The position numbers and the translations under genes were made by a program. From Balneolaceae bacterium (GTDB lineage: Bacteria; Bacteroidota; Rhodothermia; Balneolales; Balneolaceae), in contig SLAU01000279.1 of assembly GCA_007126675.1 (NCBI GenBank), positions 1 to 39,013 of the forward strand: a stretch of 39,013 nucleotides of DNA. Reading direction: 5' to 3'. The notes beneath the pieces are model-generated. The model was not told the origin of the DNA and made no database searches. It saw only the letters and a program-made list of their open reading frames with translations. Position 1 is the first letter of the stretch; each line of letters starts with the position of its first letter. Of this stretch, positions 1-12,466 are shown one piece after another.

Positions 1-222
<222 letters not shown>

Positions 223-262
223 TTATTGTTCTGTTAATTAAATTCAACACGGAGGTTTTCCT

Positions 263-3200
263 TTGCCGTCAACAAAAACATTAACCGTTACTAAAGACTT
301 TTCCAACATTGGGATTTCACTGGCTTCGGCCGAAACAATCTTATCCCGGTCTCACGGAGAAGTACTTACCCCAGAAACGATCAATTACAGAACATTTAAG
401 CCGGAAATGGATGGTCTTTTTTGTGAAAAGATTTTCGGTCCGGTTAAAGACTATGAATGCCATTGCGGAAAGTATAAGAGAATCCGCTACAAAGGTATTA
501 TCTGTGATAGATGTGGTGTTGAAGTAACCAGAAAAGCTGTTCGCCGTGAGCGAATGGGGCATATTACATTAACTGTGCCTATTGTTCACATCTGGTATTT
601 CAAATCACTGCCAAGTAAAATTGCTTATTTACTGGGTTATTCTTCAAAAAACCTTGACCGCATTGTTTACTACGAAACATTTGTGGTGATTAATCCGGGA
701 CTTGCAAGAGACCTGGGTTATAAGAAAGGTGATATGATCTCGGAAGAAGAGAAGTTTGATATTTTAGATCAGCTTCCTGAAGATCATGCTGAACTGGATT
801 CGGATGACGAAGACAAGTTTGTAGTAAAAGACGGTGCCGAAGCAGTTCAGGCATTGTTACAAACTATGGATCTTGATGCTCTTGCATATCAGCTTCGCCA
901 CGAAGTTCGAAACGAAACTTCGCAGATGCGTAAGAAGAAAAAACTGAAGCGTCTGCAGGTTATTGAATCATTCCGTGCTGCAAATCAGCATACCGAAAAT
1001 CATCCCGAATGGATGGTTCAAAGTGTAATTCCGGTTATTCCGCCTGAGCTGAGACCACTTGTACCTCTCGAAGGTGGACGATTTGCAACATCTGATCTTA
1101 ATGATCTGTATCGAAGAGTTATCATTCGAAATAATCGTTTGAAGAGACTTATTGATATTAAAGCTCCTGATGTTATTCTCCGAAATGAAAAGAGAATGCT
1201 TCAGGAAGCTGTTGATTCACTCTACGACAATTCACGAAAATCAAACGCCGTACGTAACAACAATCGCCCGCTGAAATCACTCAGCGACATGCTGAAAGGA
1301 AAGAGCGGTCGTTTCCGTCAAAACCTTTTAGGTAAGCGTGTTGATTACTCCGGCCGTTCTGTAATTGTTGTGGGTCCTGATCTGAAGATGCACGAGTGTG
1401 GTCTTCCGAAGGAAATGGCAGTTGAATTGTACAAGCCGTTTGTTATTCGCCGCCTGATTGAGCGCGGATATGTGAAAACGGTTAAAAGCGCGAAGAAAGT
1501 TGTTGATCGCCGAGACCAGGTAGTATGGGAAGTTCTTGAGAATGTAATCGACGGACACCCGGTACTGCTTAACCGAGCACCAACACTCCACAGGCTTGGA
1601 ATTCAGGCATACCAGCCTGTATTGATTGAAGATAAAGCGATTCGTCTGCATCCGTTATCATGTACAGCTTTTAACGCTGACTTTGACGGTGACCAGATGG
1701 CAGTTCACCTTCCATTAAGCCACGATGCTGTGATGGAAGCTTCTGTACTAATGCTTGGTTCGCACAACATTTTGAGCCCTGCAAGTGGTGGTCCGGTTGC
1801 TGTGCCATCTCAGGATATGATTCTTGGAATCTATTATCTGACGAAAATGGGTAATGGCAAACGTGGTGAAGGAAAAACGTTTGCGAGCACAGATGAAGTG
1901 GTTATTGCATACGATCAGGGTAAGATCGAAACACATGCAAAAATCAACGTACGTGTTCCCGTAAAGCAGGAAGATGGTACAATTGCTGAGGAAATATTGA
2001 AAACAACCACCGGGCGTGTGTTGTTCAATGAAATTGTACCGGAAGGTGTTGAATTCGTAAACAAAACTCTTGGAAAGAAAGAGCTGCGAATACTGATCAG
2101 TGATATTTATTCATCAGCAGGTCCCGTGGAAACCGCATTTTTCCTTGATAAGATGAAAGATATCGGTTTTGAAAGAGCAACCATTGGTGGCCTTTCATTC
2201 AGCCTCGAAGACATCATCATTCCTGATGAAAAACAAATTCTGATTGATAAAGCACAAAGCGAAGTTGCTGACATTCAGGAGCGTTACGAAATGGGCTTTA
2301 TCACTGATAATGAGCGTTATAACCAGGTGATTGATAAGTGGACGAGCACAACAAACCGTGTTTCTGAAACACTTTTCAAATCTCTTACAGAAGATAAAGA
2401 AGGTTTCAACGCGGTATATATGATGGCCGATTCCGGTGCGCGGGGTTCCAAAGAGCAGATTCGTCAGCTTGGTGGTATGCGCGGACTTATGGCTAAGCCG
2501 CAGAAGAGCTCTATGCAGCAGGGTAATGAGGTAATCGAGAACCCAATTTTGTCTTCATTCCGTGAGGGACTTACTGTACTTGAATACTTTATTTCTACTC
2601 ACGGTGCACGTAAAGGTCTGGCCGATACTGCTCTGAAAACTGCCGATGCAGGTTACCTGACCCGGCGATTGGTTGATGTATCCCAGGATATCATCATCAA
2701 TGAGCATGACTGTGGTACTCTTCGCGGAATTAAGATGCGGGCACTCAAAGACAATGAAGATGTAATTGACAGCCTAGAGAATCGAATTATGGGCCGTGTA
2801 TCAATGCATGAAATCATTGATCCGATTACTGATGAGGTAATCTGTGAGCCTAATGAATTGATCACTGAAGATATTGCAAAGAAAGTAGCAGAAACTTCTA
2901 TTGAAGAAGTTGAAATACGATCGGTACTGACTTGTGAAACAGAACGCGGTGTGTGTGCGAAATGCTACGGCCGTGATATGTCGAAGTCTGGCTTGGTTCA
3001 GGTGGGTGAAGCTGTGGGTGTTATTGCAGCTCAGTCAATTGGTGAGCCGGGTACACAGCTTACACTTCGTACTTTCCACGTGGGTGGTACTGCTTCTCGT
3101 ATGGAATCCGACTCACAACACAAAGCCAAGTTCGACGGTAAAATCGAATTTGAAAACGTCCGTGTTGTTGAATACGACGATGGTGAAGAGATTCATAATG

Positions 3201-4570
3201 TAGTACTGAGCCGCGCCGGCGAAATGAAAATTGTTGGCGAAGATGGCAAAGTGCTGAATAGCTATAACGTACCTTACGGATCAGAAATGCTGGTTGAAGA
3301 GGGCGATAAAGTTCTTAAAGGAATGCCGCTTGCTAAGTGGGATCCTTACAACGCTCTGATCTTCAGTGAGATTGACGGTACTGTTGAGTATAAGGATATC
3401 ATAGAAGAGATTACCTATACGGAAGACACCGATTCCCAAACCGGACACCGTGAGAAAGTGATCATCGATTCACGAGACCGATCACTGGTACCGACACTGG
3501 TAATTAAAGGATCAGACGACAGAATCAGAGAAAATACTCTGCCAGTAGAAACACATATCACTGTCGAAGATGGTGAAAAAGTTCTGGCCGGTCAGGTTCT
3601 TGCCAAGATTCCGCGTGCTGCTTCTAAATCGAAAGATATTACGGCGGGTCTGCCGCGTGTAACTGAGATGTTCGAAGCTCGTTCACCAAGCGATCCGGCT
3701 GCTGTATCCGAGATTGACGGTATCGTGAAAATGGGCGGACGTAAGCGTGGTTCGCAGGAAGTGATTGTAGAGAGCAAGGACGGTACCGATGAGAAGAAGT
3801 ATCTGATTTCACTTTCCAAGCACATTCTTGTTCAGGAAAATGACTTTGTAAAAGCCGGTCAGGCACTGTCTGACGGTACAATTCCTGCACAGGAAATCCT
3901 GAATATTCTCGGACCTTACGCAGTACAGTCGTACCTGGTGAATGAGATCCAGGAAGTGTATCGTCTGCAGGGTGTGAAGATCAATGACAAGCATATTGAG
4001 GTTATTGTTCGCACCATGATGCAGAAAGTTGAAGTTACCGATCCGGGAGATACGATGTATCTTGAAGGAGATAAAGTTGACCGATTTGAACTGAATAATA
4101 GAAACGATGAGTTGATCGGTAAATTTGTAGTAACCAATGTAGGCGGAAGCGACCTTAAACTGGGAGCAATTCTTGATCGTCGTCAGGTTCGTGAGATTAA
4201 TAACGAACTAATCAAAGACGGAAAAGAAGAGATTGCAACCAGGGAAGCAGAACCGGCCATTTCGAAACCGATTCTGTTGGGTATTACCCGTGCAGCGCTT
4301 TCAACTGAAAGCTGGTTGTCGGCCGCATCCTTCCAGGAAACTACAAAGGTTCTTACTCAGGCATCCATCGAAGCTAAAAAAGATATGCTTCGTGGCCTCA
4401 AAGAGAATGTTGTGGTTGGTCATAAAGTACCTGCCGGAACAGGAATGCTCAAGTATGATGATCTTATTGTTGGATCTAAAGCTGAGTATGATGAAGCAGA
4501 TGAGGAGATCGAAAAAGTGTTTGAAACACTTGGTGCCGATGAACCCGAATCGAAAGAAGAAAACGAATAA
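263..4570 (+). CDS. rpoC: DNA-directed RNA polymerase subunit beta'
   Basis: 1435-aa ORF with the zinc-binding CHCGKY...CDRCGVEV motif and the catalytic NADFDGD motif. It has a TTG start 7 nt after GGAGG (251-255). Confidence 0.97.
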   Translation: MPSTKTLTVTKDFSNIGISLASAETILSRSHGEVLTPETINYRTFKPEMDGLFCEKIFGPVKDYECHCGKYKRIRYKGIICDRCGVEVTRKAVRRERMGHITLTVPIVHIWYFKSLPSKIAYLLGYSSKNLDRIVYYETFVVINPGLARDLGYKKGDMISEEEKFDILDQLPEDHAELDSDDEDKFVVKDGAEAVQALLQTMDLDALAYQLRHEVRNETSQMRKKKKLKRLQVIESFRAANQHTENHPEWMVQSVIPVIPPELRPLVPLEGGRFATSDLNDLYRRVIIRNNRLKRLIDIKAPDVILRNEKRMLQEAVDSLYDNSRKSNAVRNNNRPLKSLSDMLKGKSGRFRQNLLGKRVDYSGRSVIVVGPDLKMHECGLPKEMAVELYKPFVIRRLIERGYVKTVKSAKKVVDRRDQVVWEVLENVIDGHPVLLNRAPTLHRLGIQAYQPVLIEDKAIRLHPLSCTAFNADFDGDQMAVHLPLSHDAVMEASVLMLGSHNILSPASGGPVAVPSQDMILGIYYLTKMGNGKRGEGKTFASTDEVVIAYDQGKIETHAKINVRVPVKQEDGTIAEEILKTTTGRVLFNEIVPEGVEFVNKTLGKKELRILISDIYSSAGPVETAFFLDKMKDIGFERATIGGLSFSLEDIIIPDEKQILIDKAQSEVADIQERYEMGFITDNERYNQVIDKWTSTTNRVSETLFKSLTEDKEGFNAVYMMADSGARGSKEQIRQLGGMRGLMAKPQKSSMQQGNEVIENPILSSFREGLTVLEYFISTHGARKGLADTALKTADAGYLTRRLVDVSQDIIINEHDCGTLRGIKMRALKDNEDVIDSLENRIMGRVSMHEIIDPITDEVICEPNELITEDIAKKVAETSIEEVEIRSVLTCETERGVCAKCYGRDMSKSGLVQVGEAVGVIAAQSIGEPGTQLTLRTFHVGGTASRMESDSQHKAKFDGKIEFENVRVVEYDDGEEIHNVVLSRAGEMKIVGEDGKVLNSYNVPYGSEMLVEEGDKVLKGMPLAKWDPYNALIFSEIDGTVEYKDIIEEITYTEDTDSQTGHREKVIIDSRDRSLVPTLVIKGSDDRIRENTLPVETHITVEDGEKVLAGQVLAKIPRAASKSKDITAGLPRVTEMFEARSPSDPAAVSEIDGIVKMGGRKRGSQEVIVESKDGTDEKKYLISLSKHILVQENDFVKAGQALSDGTIPAQEILNILGPYAVQSYLVNEIQEVYRLQGVKINDKHIEVIVRTMMQKVEVTDPGDTMYLEGDKVDRFELNNRNDELIGKFVVTNVGGSDLKLGAILDRRQVREINNELIKDGKEEIATREAEPAISKPILLGITRAALSTESWLSAASFQETTKVLTQASIEAKKDMLRGLKENVVVGHKVPAGTGMLKYDDLIVGSKAEYDEADEEIEKVFETLGADEPESKEENE

Positions 4571-4576
4571 AAAAAA

Positions 4577-4607
4577 AGCCCCGCATCAAAATGCGGGGCT
4601 TTTTTTA
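4577..4607. terminator. Bidirectional rho-independent terminator between convergent rpoC and the ytxH-like gene
   Basis: The 10-bp stem agccccgcat / atgcggggct has a caaa loop. It is flanked by an A9 run upstream and a T7 run downstream. Confidence 0.8.
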
Positions 4608-4651
4608 TGATCATAAATTGGCAATTCTGCCTTTGCGGATTTAACAAATGA

Positions 4652-4954
4652 TTACTTCGACTTTTCGATATTTTCGAGTAATGACTCTGCCTCTCTAATT
4701 AAATCATCAGCACGCTGTTTGGCATCTTCAACTACTTTATCGCTATCTTCTTTGGCCTGAGAAGTGATCTTCTCTTTTTCATCTTTCAATTTATTGACGA
4801 GTTCATTTAGTTCATCAAGGTATGAATTAAACCTGTACGAAATTTTCCCCCGTGTATTTATGCCGGTATCCGGTGCATAAAGTAATGCAAAACCGGCACC
4901 CAGTACTGCACCGGTCAATAAACCAATTGTAAATCCTGTTCCTGCTTTGTTCAT
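4652..4954 (-). CDS. YtxH domain-containing protein (small membrane-anchored coiled-coil stress protein)
   Basis: N-terminal Gly-rich TM segment (GFTIGLLTGAVLGAGFALLYAP) followed by a charged helical tail, the typical YtxH layout. Confidence 0.75.
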   Translation of the reverse strand: MNKAGTGFTIGLLTGAVLGAGFALLYAPDTGINTRGKISYRFNSYLDELNELVNKLKDEKEKITSQAKEDSDKVVEDAKQRADDLIREAESLLENIEKSK

Positions 4955-5090
4955 ATTTTCTCCTACGTTTATTTAGTTTCACATTTAAAATACAAAATCA
5001 GTTCCGCTCTCAAAAGTCTCAAAAGAATTCTGATTCAAATCTGTCTAATTTTTATCTTACGAACGAATAATATAACAAAACCATACACCC

Positions 5091-5750
5091 ATGAAATTTT
5101 TTATTGACACAGCCGACTTAGAAGAAATCAAAGAAGCCAATGACCTTGGTGTATTGGATGGAGTGACTACCAATCCAAGTTTATGCATGAAAGTCGGCGT
5201 TAGTGATTTTGAAGGCCATATTGCCAAAATCTGTGAAATTGTGGAGGGGGATGTATCGGCCGAAGTTATATCCACAAAGTATGCGGACATCATTGCAGAA
5301 GGCCGAAATATCGCTTCCATTGCTGATAATGTGGTCGTAAAAGTTCCGCTCATTAAAGACGGAATTAAGGCAATTAAAACATTCAGCGAAGAGGGTATCA
5401 AAACCAACTGTACTCTTTGTTTTTCTGCAACACAAGCCTTGATTGCTGCAAAAGCAGGTGCCACTTACATCTCTCCGTTCATCGGACGGTTAGATGATGT
5501 TTCCACTGATGGTATGAGTTTGATTGCCGATATTGTAACCATCTACGATAATTACGGATACGACACAGAGATATTAGCAGCAAGTATCCGTCACCCGATG
5601 CACGCGCTCGAAGCTGCACGAATTGGCGCCGATGTGGCAACTATGCCTTTGAGCGTAATTTTAGGATTGCTAAAACATCCGCTTACTGACAGCGGGCTCG
5701 AACGCTTCCTGGCCGATTGGGATAAACTGCAGGAAAGTTTGAAGAAATAA
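5091..5750 (+). CDS. fsa: Fructose-6-phosphate aldolase / short-type transaldolase (family 3B)
   Basis: 219 aa starting [15 protein letters not shown]...GVTTNPSL, with VVVKVP carrying the Schiff-base Lys and [13 protein letters not shown]. Confidence 0.9.
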   Translation: MKFFIDTADLEEIKEANDLGVLDGVTTNPSLCMKVGVSDFEGHIAKICEIVEGDVSAEVISTKYADIIAEGRNIASIADNVVVKVPLIKDGIKAIKTFSEEGIKTNCTLCFSATQALIAAKAGATYISPFIGRLDDVSTDGMSLIADIVTIYDNYGYDTEILAASIRHPMHALEAARIGADVATMPLSVILGLLKHPLTDSGLERFLADWDKLQESLKK

Positions 5751-5948
5751 GTCTTCAAGGTTTCCGGGCCTTTTATTACTGCCAACAAATCACGAAAACA
5801 CGAATATTGAATATTACCATCTGTTGGAGTAATTCCCAGGTTTACGTGTGTGAGAGCTTTTGCCATTTTACATTCACCGTGGTTTTTTTTCGCAGGCAAT
5901 AGTGTGGTAAGTTCAAGGCAACGTTATTTTGAAATCCAGAAAAAGTAT

Positions 5949-6302
5949 TTAAGGATTATCGTCCTCGATAGATAGAATCACTTCGGTTAATTTTGTTCTT
6001 ATCGGCGGTATGACTTGTTCAACGGTATTCCATACTGCATTTAGATCTACCCCCATATAGTTGTGAATTAATTTATCTCTCATACCAGCCATTTTTTTCC
6101 ATGGAACCTGTTTGTATTTCTCCCTGTTGTGGTCAGATATATTTTTGGCAGCTTCTCCAATAATTTCAAAATTACGGACAACCGCATCCTGTATAAGCCG
6201 GTTTTCGAGAAACTCTTCTTGTGTTAACTGATCGGTGTATTCAATGATCTGATCGATCGAGTCGATCATGTGAAAGATGTAGATTTTGTCACTTTTCATC
6301 AT
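5949..6302 (-). CDS. hepT: HepT-like HEPN ribonuclease toxin (DUF86 family)
   Basis: 117 aa with the Rx4H HEPN motif (MRDKLIHNY). It overlaps the upstream nucleotidyltransferase gene by 14 nt. Confidence 0.8.
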   Translation of the reverse strand: MMKSDKIYIFHMIDSIDQIIEYTDQLTQEEFLENRLIQDAVVRNFEIIGEAAKNISDHNREKYKQVPWKKMAGMRDKLIHNYMGVDLNAVWNTVEQVIPPIRTKLTEVILSIEDDNP

Positions 6303-6600
6303 TTCCGACTGGGTCCTCGTTATTAAGGATATAACGAATCTCCTTTTCGATTACCGGCCTAAGATACTTATTCAGGGAAGCCTCCGTAATCAGGTCTACT
6401 TTTACATTCAATAGACGGCTTAGTTCGTCTTCCAGGCCGACAAGGTCCAGCAGATTTATGTTATCTAAATCAACAAGCAGATCCAGATCACTTTGATCCG
6501 TATGATTATTTCTGGACCTTGAACCGAACACACCGATTTTATTTGGCTTGTATGGATCAAGCGTTCGAAGGATGATTTCTTTCTCTTTTTGCGTTAACAT
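6289..6600 (-). CDS. mntA: MntA-like minimal nucleotidyltransferase antitoxin
   Basis: 103 aa with GVFGSRSRNN...SDLDLLVD, matching the GSxxR and DxD motifs of the Pol-beta-fold NTase. It lies 5' of and overlaps hepT. Confidence 0.8.
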   Translation of the reverse strand: MLTQKEKEIILRTLDPYKPNKIGVFGSRSRNNHTDQSDLDLLVDLDNINLLDLVGLEDELSRLLNVKVDLITEASLNKYLRPVIEKEIRYILNNEDPVGNDEK

Positions 6601-6755
6601 AATGCAATATAATAAACGAGACTGATAATTAAGACTCAGATGTTCGTGTGAAGAAATATACCCACATAAGTGTGGAAACGATTACTTTCGGGAAATATCT
6701 GGCTGAAATGTTTTTAATGAGCCGGTAATCATAGTACTCAACTTAAATCAATTTC

Positions 6756-8234
6756 CTACGCCTTACCGATTAAATTCTCAGCTATCTTAGCAGAAGATAA
6801 CACGCCCGGCAATCCTGCTCCGGGATGGGTGCCGGCTCCAACAAAATATAGATCTCTTACATCCTCACTGCGGTTGTGCGGACGGAACCATGCTGATTGG
6901 GTAAGTATCGGCTCAACCGAAAAAGCAGACCCTTTAAAACTGTTCAGAGTATCTTGAAAATGAAGCGGATCGATATAATGCTCTGCAACAAGATTTTCCT
7001 GCAAACCGGGCAGGTAGTTTTCTTCCAGGAAATTCATAATCGCATCGCGATATTTGGGTGCCATCTCGTTCCAGTCAGTGCCGCTGTCGAGGTGTGGAAC
7101 TGGTGACAGTACATAAAAACCTTCATGTCCCTCAGGTGCAAGTGAAGGATCCGTGATGGTCGGCATATGCAGGTAAAGTGAAAAATCGTCTGCCAATTCT
7201 TTTTTGTGGAAGATATCTTTCAATAAACCCTTGTAGCGTTCACCCAGAATAATATTGTGATGAGCCAGTCCGGAATCGAGATATCGTTTTTTTGTCCCGA
7301 AATAGATCACAAAAAGTGACATACTGTATTTTGTACGCTCAATTTTCCGGTCTGTGTATTTTTTCCTATGACGTTTGGCGATCAAGTTTTTATAGGTAAA
7401 CGCAACGTCCGAATTGGCAACCACAATGTCAGAAGCTAACACTTCGCCATCCTTAAGACGTACACCGGTGGATTTTCCATTCTTGATCAGTATTTCATCT
7501 ACCTCAGAGTTTAATCTTATTGTGCCGCCTTGTTCTTCAATCAACCTTACCATGGCATCTACAATAGCACCGGTACCTCCCATTGCGTAATGAACACCCC
7601 ATTCGCGTTCAAGGTAATGAATCATCGCATAGATTGAAGTTGTATCAAACGGGTTGCCGCCAACAAGCAGCGGATGGAAAGAGAAACATCGGCGCAGAAA
7701 ATCATCTTCAATAAATTGGCTTACATATTTATAAACTGTTTTGTACGATTGCAGCTTGATTAAATCCGGAGCTACCTTCAGCATATCGGTAAATTTCAAA
7801 AACGGCTTATCGGCGAGTTCCACAAACCCTTTATCAAAAATAGCTTTGGTGGTTTTGATAAACGCCTCATAACCCTCTTTATCTTTAGGATTGCGTTTTT
7901 CAATTTCTTTCAATGTAAAAGAGGGGTCGCCGTTATAATCAAACTTATCGCCATTGTGATCAAATATCCTGTAAAAAGGATTGCAGGGTACAAACTTGAT
8001 GTAATCAGAACGGCTTTTCCCTGCTGCTGTAAAAATGTCATCAAACATAAATGGTGCAGTTATTACAGTAGGGCCTCCATCAAACTTGAATCCGTTTTTC
8101 TCATAAACATAAGCGCGTCCGCCGGGTTTGTCTCTTTTTTCTACAACGGTAACATTGTGCCCGCTTGAGAGTAATCGTGATGCTGTTGCCAATCCGCCAA
8201 ACCCGCTTCCAATTACAATGATATTTTTCTTCAT
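6756..8234 (-). CDS. crtI: Phytoene desaturase (carotenoid biosynthesis)
   Basis: 492 aa with an N-terminal FAD fold ([14 protein letters not shown]...[12 protein letters not shown]) and a C-terminal [15 protein letters not shown] motif. Confidence 0.9.
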   Translation of the reverse strand: MKKNIIVIGSGFGGLATASRLLSSGHNVTVVEKRDKPGGRAYVYEKNGFKFDGGPTVITAPFMFDDIFTAAGKSRSDYIKFVPCNPFYRIFDHNGDKFDYNGDPSFTLKEIEKRNPKDKEGYEAFIKTTKAIFDKGFVELADKPFLKFTDMLKVAPDLIKLQSYKTVYKYVSQFIEDDFLRRCFSFHPLLVGGNPFDTTSIYAMIHYLEREWGVHYAMGGTGAIVDAMVRLIEEQGGTIRLNSEVDEILIKNGKSTGVRLKDGEVLASDIVVANSDVAFTYKNLIAKRHRKKYTDRKIERTKYSMSLFVIYFGTKKRYLDSGLAHHNIILGERYKGLLKDIFHKKELADDFSLYLHMPTITDPSLAPEGHEGFYVLSPVPHLDSGTDWNEMAPKYRDAIMNFLEENYLPGLQENLVAEHYIDPLHFQDTLNSFKGSAFSVEPILTQSAWFRPHNRSEDVRDLYFVGAGTHPGAGLPGVLSSAKIAENLIGKA

Positions 8235-8327
8235 GACCTCTTTGAAACTCGTTATATGTAAACAAATATTTAGTGCAGCTATAGAACCAGTTTTATGAAA
8301 GTATAAATCCCTGAGATCTAAAAAAAT

Positions 8328-8969
8328 TTAGTTTTCCAGCTGCTTTACGAAACCGTCGTGTCCATGTTGTTTAAGTCGTGCAAGTGCCCGGTCTGCGTTT
8401 CTTTTGTTTCGATAAGTTCCGTAGTAAACCCGGTAAACAGTATTGTTTGCGGTTCTCACTTCCTGTACTCTTGATCCGCGAATATCTCTTGATGCTCTTC
8501 GGGCCTCACTTTTTGAATTGAATGATGCAAGCTGAATTGTAAACCTCTCCACACTTCTTGCGTTATTTCTTGTTACCGGTCGGTCTCCTTCTTTAATTAA
8601 TTCAAGCCTTACACGGGCAATACCGGCATTTTCCATATCAATTTTCCTGGCTGCTTCTCTTGATAAATCGATAATTCTGTTATCAACATAAGGACCTCTG
8701 TCATTAATTCTGACCTGTACAGATTTACCATTATCCAGATTTACAACATTAACGATTGTATTAAACGGCAAACTGCGATGTGCTGCCGTTAAGTCATTCA
8801 TATTGTAGGTTTCACCGTTTGCTGTAAGCTTTCCGTGAAACTTTGAGCCATACCAGCTTGCCACACCGGTGTCTAACTTTTCCATAGTGCCTGTGCTTCT
8901 CACAGTAGCACATGAACTGACTAAAAATGCAAACAGGATGATTAATAGTAAAGATGGTTGTATGTTCAA
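8328..8969 (-). CDS. rlpA: Septal ring lytic transglycosylase RlpA-family lipoprotein with a C-terminal SPOR domain
   Basis: Lipobox LVSSC, a DPBB domain ([19 protein letters not shown]...RINDRGPY) and a SPOR-like C-terminus. The start codon is TTG. Confidence 0.85.
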   Translation of the reverse strand: MNIQPSLLLIILFAFLVSSCATVRSTGTMEKLDTGVASWYGSKFHGKLTANGETYNMNDLTAAHRSLPFNTIVNVVNLDNGKSVQVRINDRGPYVDNRIIDLSREAARKIDMENAGIARVRLELIKEGDRPVTRNNARSVERFTIQLASFNSKSEARRASRDIRGSRVQEVRTANNTVYRVYYGTYRNKRNADRALARLKQHGHDGFVKQLEN

Positions 8970-9094
8970 ACCTTTATAAATTATTCTGATTTTGGTTTTG
9001 TTGGTTGAACTATTTGAATGCAGATGATTTTAATAATTTACTAAAATTAAAAATTTTTTCTCACAGGCAGTTGAAATCTTAAACTATTACTTGA

Positions 9095-9691
9095 ATGAAC
9101 CTGACTCTATTTTTCATTCTGATTACAATAGCACTCTCTTTATACACCCTCTATTTTAACAGAAAACTGCTCGAAGCTTGGATGCTAAGGCCTTATGCAA
9201 CCATTTCCAACAATGAATGGCATACCGTGCTGACCTCCGGTTTTTTACACGGAAGTCTGGCACATCTTTTGGTAAATATGTTTGTGCTGTTCTTTTTTGG
9301 TATCTCACTTGAACAAACGGTGGGTCCTTTTCATTTTGCTGCGCTCTATCTGAGTGGAATAATGGTATCTGCAATTCCTTCCCTGATTTCTCAGAAGGAC
9401 AATCCCAGATATGCAACCTTGGGTGCTTCAGGGGGTGTTCAAAGTGTTTTATTTGGGTTCATATTTCTTTTTCCTACTGAGTCGATCATTTTTGTATTCT
9501 TACCGATACCCATACCTGCATGGGTTTTTGGCCTCATATTTCTGGCATACAGCATCTATGAAAGTAAACGCGGAATGGGGAATATAAACCACGAAGCCCA
9601 CATTGCCGGAGCCGTTTGGGGAGTATTGTATCTGCTTATATTTGTACCAAACTCACTGGATCACATATTGACTATTATGGGTTTGATTTAG
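9095..9691 (+). CDS. Rhomboid-family intramembrane serine protease
   Basis: A 198-aa polytopic membrane protein with a GASGGV catalytic Ser motif and a downstream HIAG His motif. Confidence 0.85.
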   Translation: MNLTLFFILITIALSLYTLYFNRKLLEAWMLRPYATISNNEWHTVLTSGFLHGSLAHLLVNMFVLFFFGISLEQTVGPFHFAALYLSGIMVSAIPSLISQKDNPRYATLGASGGVQSVLFGFIFLFPTESIIFVFLPIPIPAWVFGLIFLAYSIYESKRGMGNINHEAHIAGAVWGVLYLLIFVPNSLDHILTIMGLI

Positions 9692-10060
9692 CAAGGAACA
9701 GGGCGCAAGGTCCAGGGCTCAGGGTACAGGGAACAAGGTTGCGGCGCGTGGCGTAAAGCTCACAGCTTAGAACTCAGAGATTAGCTTCAATTTCTAACAC
9801 TTATCTCAATCATCCCAGCGGGATGATTTGTCGGTAGCACAAAGTGCGAACGAATTCTCTCATACCACCGAGGCGATATAATTTGAATAAAATGAGAAAG
9901 AGTTCGAGGTGGAATGCTTCATTGATTAATCTGTGTTCAATAAAATTCTTTAGTGATTTTGTGTTTTAGTGGCCTTAATAATTCTGCCACGAAATCACGA
10001 AAACACAAAAAAGTTGTAAAGGGTGCTTATTTGATAAACTGAGCTCGATAATATTCTTTA

Positions 10061-11137
10061 TTAGCCATTCGCATCCCTGAAATCTTGCATAAAGCTAACA
10101 AGAGCTTCCACGCTTTCCATCGGGCAGGCATTATAGATACTGGCACGAATACCGCCAACACTGCGATGTCCTTTTAGCGCAACAAGATCATGCTTCGCAG
10201 CTTCCGAAAGGAATTTAGTTTCAAGATTCTCATCCTTAATACGAAACGTAACATTCATTTTTGATCGCGATCCTTCATCAACGGTTCCTCTGTAAAAATC
10301 ATCCTTGTCTAGCTCATTGTAAAGCAGGTCTGCTTTTTCATTGTTGAACGTTTCGAAGTAGGAAAGGCCTCCCTTTTCCTGTATCCACTCCAGCACATAA
10401 TTCACCATATAGACAGCAAACACAGGGGGTGTGTTGAATAACTTAGCTGTGTGCGTTTTATAATTCAGAATTGTAGGAATAGCTTCATCATGCTGAGTTT
10501 CAAGAAAACCTTTCCGTATCATAACAACTGTTACTCCGGCTGGACCAAGATTTTTTTGAGCACCTGCATAGATCAGTCCGTATTTCTCCATATCAAGACG
10601 GCGCGAAAGAAAATCGGAAGATGCATCACAAACCAAAGGTGCCGGCACATCAGGATCAGCGTGGAACTGCGTTCCAAAAATGGTATTGTTACTTGTGAAA
10701 TGGACATAAGCCGGATTATCCGAATAATTCAGTGAACTGGCATCCGGAAGTTTTGTGTAGTTTTGTTCCTTACCCGAAAAGGGTACATGTACGTTTCCGA
10801 ACAGCTCCGCCTCTTTGATCGCTTTAGCCGACCACGCACCGGTATCGATATAATCGGCTGTACGATCTGATGTAAGAAAATTCTGAGGTACCATCATAAA
10901 CTGTGAGCTTGCACCTCCCTGTAAAAAAAGTACTTCCCATTCATCTCCCACTCCAAGTATTTGCTTCAGCCGCTCAGTTGCCTGGCTGTTTACTTCGGTA
11001 TACTCGGGGCTCCGGTGACTCATCTCGATGATGGAAGTACCTTTGCCTCTGTAATCAATTAACTCTTCTTGTGCTTTCTTCAGAACTTCAAGGGGAAGTG
11101 TTGCTGGTCCGGCGCTGAAATTATGTACTCTTTTCAT
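10061..11137 (-). CDS. serC: 3-phosphoserine/phosphohydroxythreonine aminotransferase
   Basis: 358 aa starting NFSAGPATLPLEVL...MSHRSPEY, with the PLP region YAGAQKNLGPAG. Confidence 0.95.
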   Translation of the reverse strand: MKRVHNFSAGPATLPLEVLKKAQEELIDYRGKGTSIIEMSHRSPEYTEVNSQATERLKQILGVGDEWEVLFLQGGASSQFMMVPQNFLTSDRTADYIDTGAWSAKAIKEAELFGNVHVPFSGKEQNYTKLPDASSLNYSDNPAYVHFTSNNTIFGTQFHADPDVPAPLVCDASSDFLSRRLDMEKYGLIYAGAQKNLGPAGVTVVMIRKGFLETQHDEAIPTILNYKTHTAKLFNTPPVFAVYMVNYVLEWIQEKGGLSYFETFNNEKADLLYNELDKDDFYRGTVDEGSRSKMNVTFRIKDENLETKFLSEAAKHDLVALKGHRSVGGIRASIYNACPMESVEALVSFMQDFRDANG

Positions 11138-11152
11138 ATTCTGTTTTACGTT

Positions 11153-12364
11153 TTAAAATGTGTGAATAATTAATCCTGATCTGATTTTTGGCTCAAACCA
11201 TGTTGATTTTGGCGGCATTAACTCACCATGGTCTGAAACTTCAACCAGTTCTTCTATGCTGGTCGGGTACATGCTGATTGCAAGATCTGCTTTTCCGGAA
11301 TCAACTAATCGTTCCAGCTCAGATGTACCGCGGCTTCCTCCCACAAAACTGATATTGGAATCTGTCCTGGGATTTTTAATTCCAAAAAGTGGCTCCAGTA
11401 CTAACGATTGCAATCTTGCCACATCCAGCTTTGATACCACATCGTTTTCAACAGGAGATGGCAATTTCATTTCCCACCAATCTCCTTTGAAATAAAGAGA
11501 AACGACACCCTTTTCATGTGGTTCTTTTTGATCGGTTTTTGCCAGGTTAAAATCTTGCTGTAATGTGGTAAACTGTTTTTCGCTTACTTTTTTTATGATA
11601 CGATTGTAGGGCAAAATCTTCATCTGACCCATCGGGAAAAGCACTACCGGAAAGTAATCGTACTCAGCTTCGCCGGGGAATGAGTTGTCTTCTTTTCGCA
11701 ATGTTTCAGATACTCGGGATGCACTTTTACATCTGTGATGGCCATCAGCTACGTACAAATTTTCAACTCCTGAAAAACTTTCTACAAATTCGGCCGGAGC
11801 TTTAGCACGCCAGATTTGATGAAGAACTCCATCATCACTTGTAAGTTCTATGTAAGGCGGCTGAGTTACCGTATTTTTCTCCAGTAAAAATCCGATCTCT
11901 TCAGTATCCTTAAAGGTCAGCATTACCGGTTCGGCATGTGCTCTTTGAGTAAGAATATGTTTCGTCCTGTCATCTTCTTTATCAGGCCTTGTAAGTTCGT
12001 GCTTTAGAATTACATCGTTGTCATAATCCTGAACAGATGCACAGGTAAAAACACCGGTTTGGGAGTGATTGTCAACCGTCATTCTGTAAATGTACACAGC
12101 AGATTTTTCGTCTTGCTGCATCAATGCAGAATTAAGAAGTTTTTTTAAATTTTCAGCTCCTTTCTCATAAACAAGATCATCATAAATAGATACTTCAGAA
12201 GGGAGATCAATTTCGGGACGGATTACATGCAAAAAGCTATTTGGTTTGCCTTTAGCTAAATCTGCGGCTTCTTCAGTACTTATTACATCGTATGGAGGTG
12301 ATGATATTTCTTCTGCGTGTTCTGGTTTAGGCAGCCAGCCTTTAAAAGGATGAATAATTGCCAT
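11153..12364 (-). CDS. DUF1015 domain-containing protein
   Basis: 403 aa starting MAIIHPFKGWLP...PPYDVIS, the characteristic DUF1015 N-terminus. Adjacency to serC is a typical arrangement. Confidence 0.85.
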   Translation of the reverse strand: MAIIHPFKGWLPKPEHAEEISSPPYDVISTEEAADLAKGKPNSFLHVIRPEIDLPSEVSIYDDLVYEKGAENLKKLLNSALMQQDEKSAVYIYRMTVDNHSQTGVFTCASVQDYDNDVILKHELTRPDKEDDRTKHILTQRAHAEPVMLTFKDTEEIGFLLEKNTVTQPPYIELTSDDGVLHQIWRAKAPAEFVESFSGVENLYVADGHHRCKSASRVSETLRKEDNSFPGEAEYDYFPVVLFPMGQMKILPYNRIIKKVSEKQFTTLQQDFNLAKTDQKEPHEKGVVSLYFKGDWWEMKLPSPVENDVVSKLDVARLQSLVLEPLFGIKNPRTDSNISFVGGSRGTSELERLVDSGKADLAISMYPTSIEELVEVSDHGELMPPKSTWFEPKIRSGLIIHTF

Positions 12365-12466
12365 TAAACGGACTCTTTTTTGTATTTTTGGTTACGCCCA
12401 AGTATACGAACTCTTAGACTTTTGATCGTAATTTAATCGCAATTAAATCATTGTAAATATTTAGCT

